From Octopus sinensis (lineage: Eukaryota), in assembly GCF_006345805.1 (NCBI RefSeq), contig NC_043000.1:152520001-152584000 (forward strand): a stretch of DNA of 64,000 nucleotides. The letters run 5' to 3'. Each line of letters begins with the position of its first letter. The first letter of the stretch is position 1. This document shows positions 62,256-64,000 of the stretch, piece after piece. The notes below the pieces were generated by a model. The model did no database searches, had not been told where the DNA came from, and saw nothing but the letters and a program-made list of their open reading frames with translations. Position numbers and translations under genes: made by a program.

Positions 62256-63365
62256 ATGGAACTGATATATCAATTCAATCTATACTCTTACAAACGCTAC
62301 ACCTTTAAAAAGAAATGGACTTGTTTGATTGGCCCTTTAGAAAAAACGGTCAATCTTCGAGCGATAAACAAAAAGGTCAAAGATATATGTATATATATAT
62401 AAAAAACTTATAAAAATTATATATAAAAAACTTATAAAAATTATAAAATCCGAGGAAAAAACCATTGACGTTAATGAAGACAGTGCAAATTAATGCATAG
62501 AAATTAAACCTGTTATAAATACTGCAATACATATTTATATTAAAATCTACATATATATATATCAACATACACAAAAGGATGCGCGTAAACGCCATACATA
62601 CATATACAGACGTATGAATATAAATTTAAATATACACATAAAAGCATGTGTACATATATTCACGCAAACCGACTCGCACGCAAGCTAAAATTCATCTATG
62701 TAGCAATTCTCATATACTGGGCAAGGAGGGGGAACGAAAGAAGGGGAGAGAGAGAAAAAGGAACGAAGGAGGGGTGGGGAAAAAAACGAAATAAGAAAAA
62801 AAATAAGAAAAAAATTTATGTATACAGGCAGTGTAACGCTGTTATTGGCATCTATAGAGACCAGTATACATACCCAAGTTTGAATGGATACATATACATA
62901 CCGTCGTGTATATGTGTGCTTAAGCACAAACATACTTTCACTTACACATACACAGATACGCATGCTTACAAATACATATGCTTTGCTATACACATACTTA
63001 TATAAACATTATAATTTTGACAACATTGCTTTTTTTTAAAAAACATTGCTTTTAAAAAATGGTGTATTAATAAAAATATATACGAAAGACATATAAAATA
63101 AAATATAACATCCTATTTTGGGTCATTTATAAATAATCAAGGTAATATAAATAATCAAGGTAATCCTGTGCAATACAATAACATGAAAACAAAGTTTGTA
63201 GGTTTTTCCTAATATATATGTAGAAACATAAGACTTTGCTATACGGATTAAGATCCGCATAGTTTGGAAACAAAACAAAAACAAAAACAAAATCAAAATC
63301 AAAATCCATCGTAGCGCTCAAGAGTCAAAATCAAAATCAAAAATCAAAAATACAAAATATATACT

Positions 63366-64000
63366 CTATCCATATGGTATATTTATATTCGACATTTTAA
63401 ATTTAGCCGCGTGCCTACATATGTTCATTAACTCACTTCTTTGATTCAAAGAATTATTGTCTTTGAATAAGATGTACATTTTCTCTAATAGACAAAGTCT
63501 GCACTTGAAATTATTTTTGTAAGCTCCATGCCTGTATGGTGCCGCCCTGTCCAGAATGCTCCATGTCACGTTGAAAGGTGGGGCTTCCTTTTCTTTTAGT
63601 TCCCAGACATATTTTGCTAGGCTGGTTTTCTTCCTATTCTCTGGGTATTTAAATGAATTTTTATGAGAATAAAATCTTGTTTTAAATGAATTTTCTGAAG
63701 CCCCTGTGTATGTCTTGTATTCCGATGAGCCTTCCACTTGCACCTTGGCTCTATAAACTACTCCTTTCACTAGACATTTCCCTTCTAACGGACAGGAGCT
63801 TTCGTTTTTGAAATTACATTTCTTAATGGGCTCGGCACCATGTCTAATCTCAATTAGCTTCCTATTATGTTGGCTAATGTAAGAGGCGAAATTTCTGCAA
63901 CAAGAATAGCTAACCTTCAGGGTTCTTCTATTAAATATTCTGTAGAATTTATGACCCTGCTTAAAATGCTTAGAGACTAATCTCAAAAATTCCTTACCTA
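63366..64000 (-). mobile_element. Penelope-like element ORF C-terminus: GIY-YIG endonuclease with Cys-rich linker (Neptune-like); continues beyond the window
   Basis: KVSYSC...CNF...CPLEGKCLVKGVVYRAKV...YTGASENSFKTRFYSH...SLAKYVWELKE...CRLCLLEK...LNQRSEL...CRH; open for 206+ aa. Confidence 0.92.

Overview
Eukaryotic, AT-rich, repeat-dense genomic DNA. The SINE, LINE, MITE and microsatellite content and the 5S sequence suggest a coleoid cephalopod, probably Octopus; this is inference from recalled repeat families, not a database hit. I found no intact host protein-coding gene, so the window looks intronic or intergenic. It contains: four tRNA-headed SINE families (CORE-like, Meta-domain, RTE-tail type, V-domain); decayed LINEs (L1/Tx1, CR1-group, RTE); Penelope-like (PLE) pieces, including a GIY-YIG C-terminus running off the right edge; Ty3/gypsy, mariner and hAT remnants; 8-bp-TSD MITEs; non-autonomous Helitrons; one 5S rRNA copy; two histone H4 pseudogene modules; and a 100-N gap flanked by a probable assembly duplication. 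Best leads: (1) a Tx1 LINE, an ORF1-only derivative and the Meta-SINE share one 3' tail, and the SINE forms TSD-flanked self-concatemers; (2) a tRNA-headed element carries a PLE-type tail with a minimal hammerhead ribozyme core and an inverted copy of its own tail. Coordinates were counted by hand and may be off by a few bases. Family names come from recalled motifs and need RepeatMasker, Dfam and Rfam confirmation.
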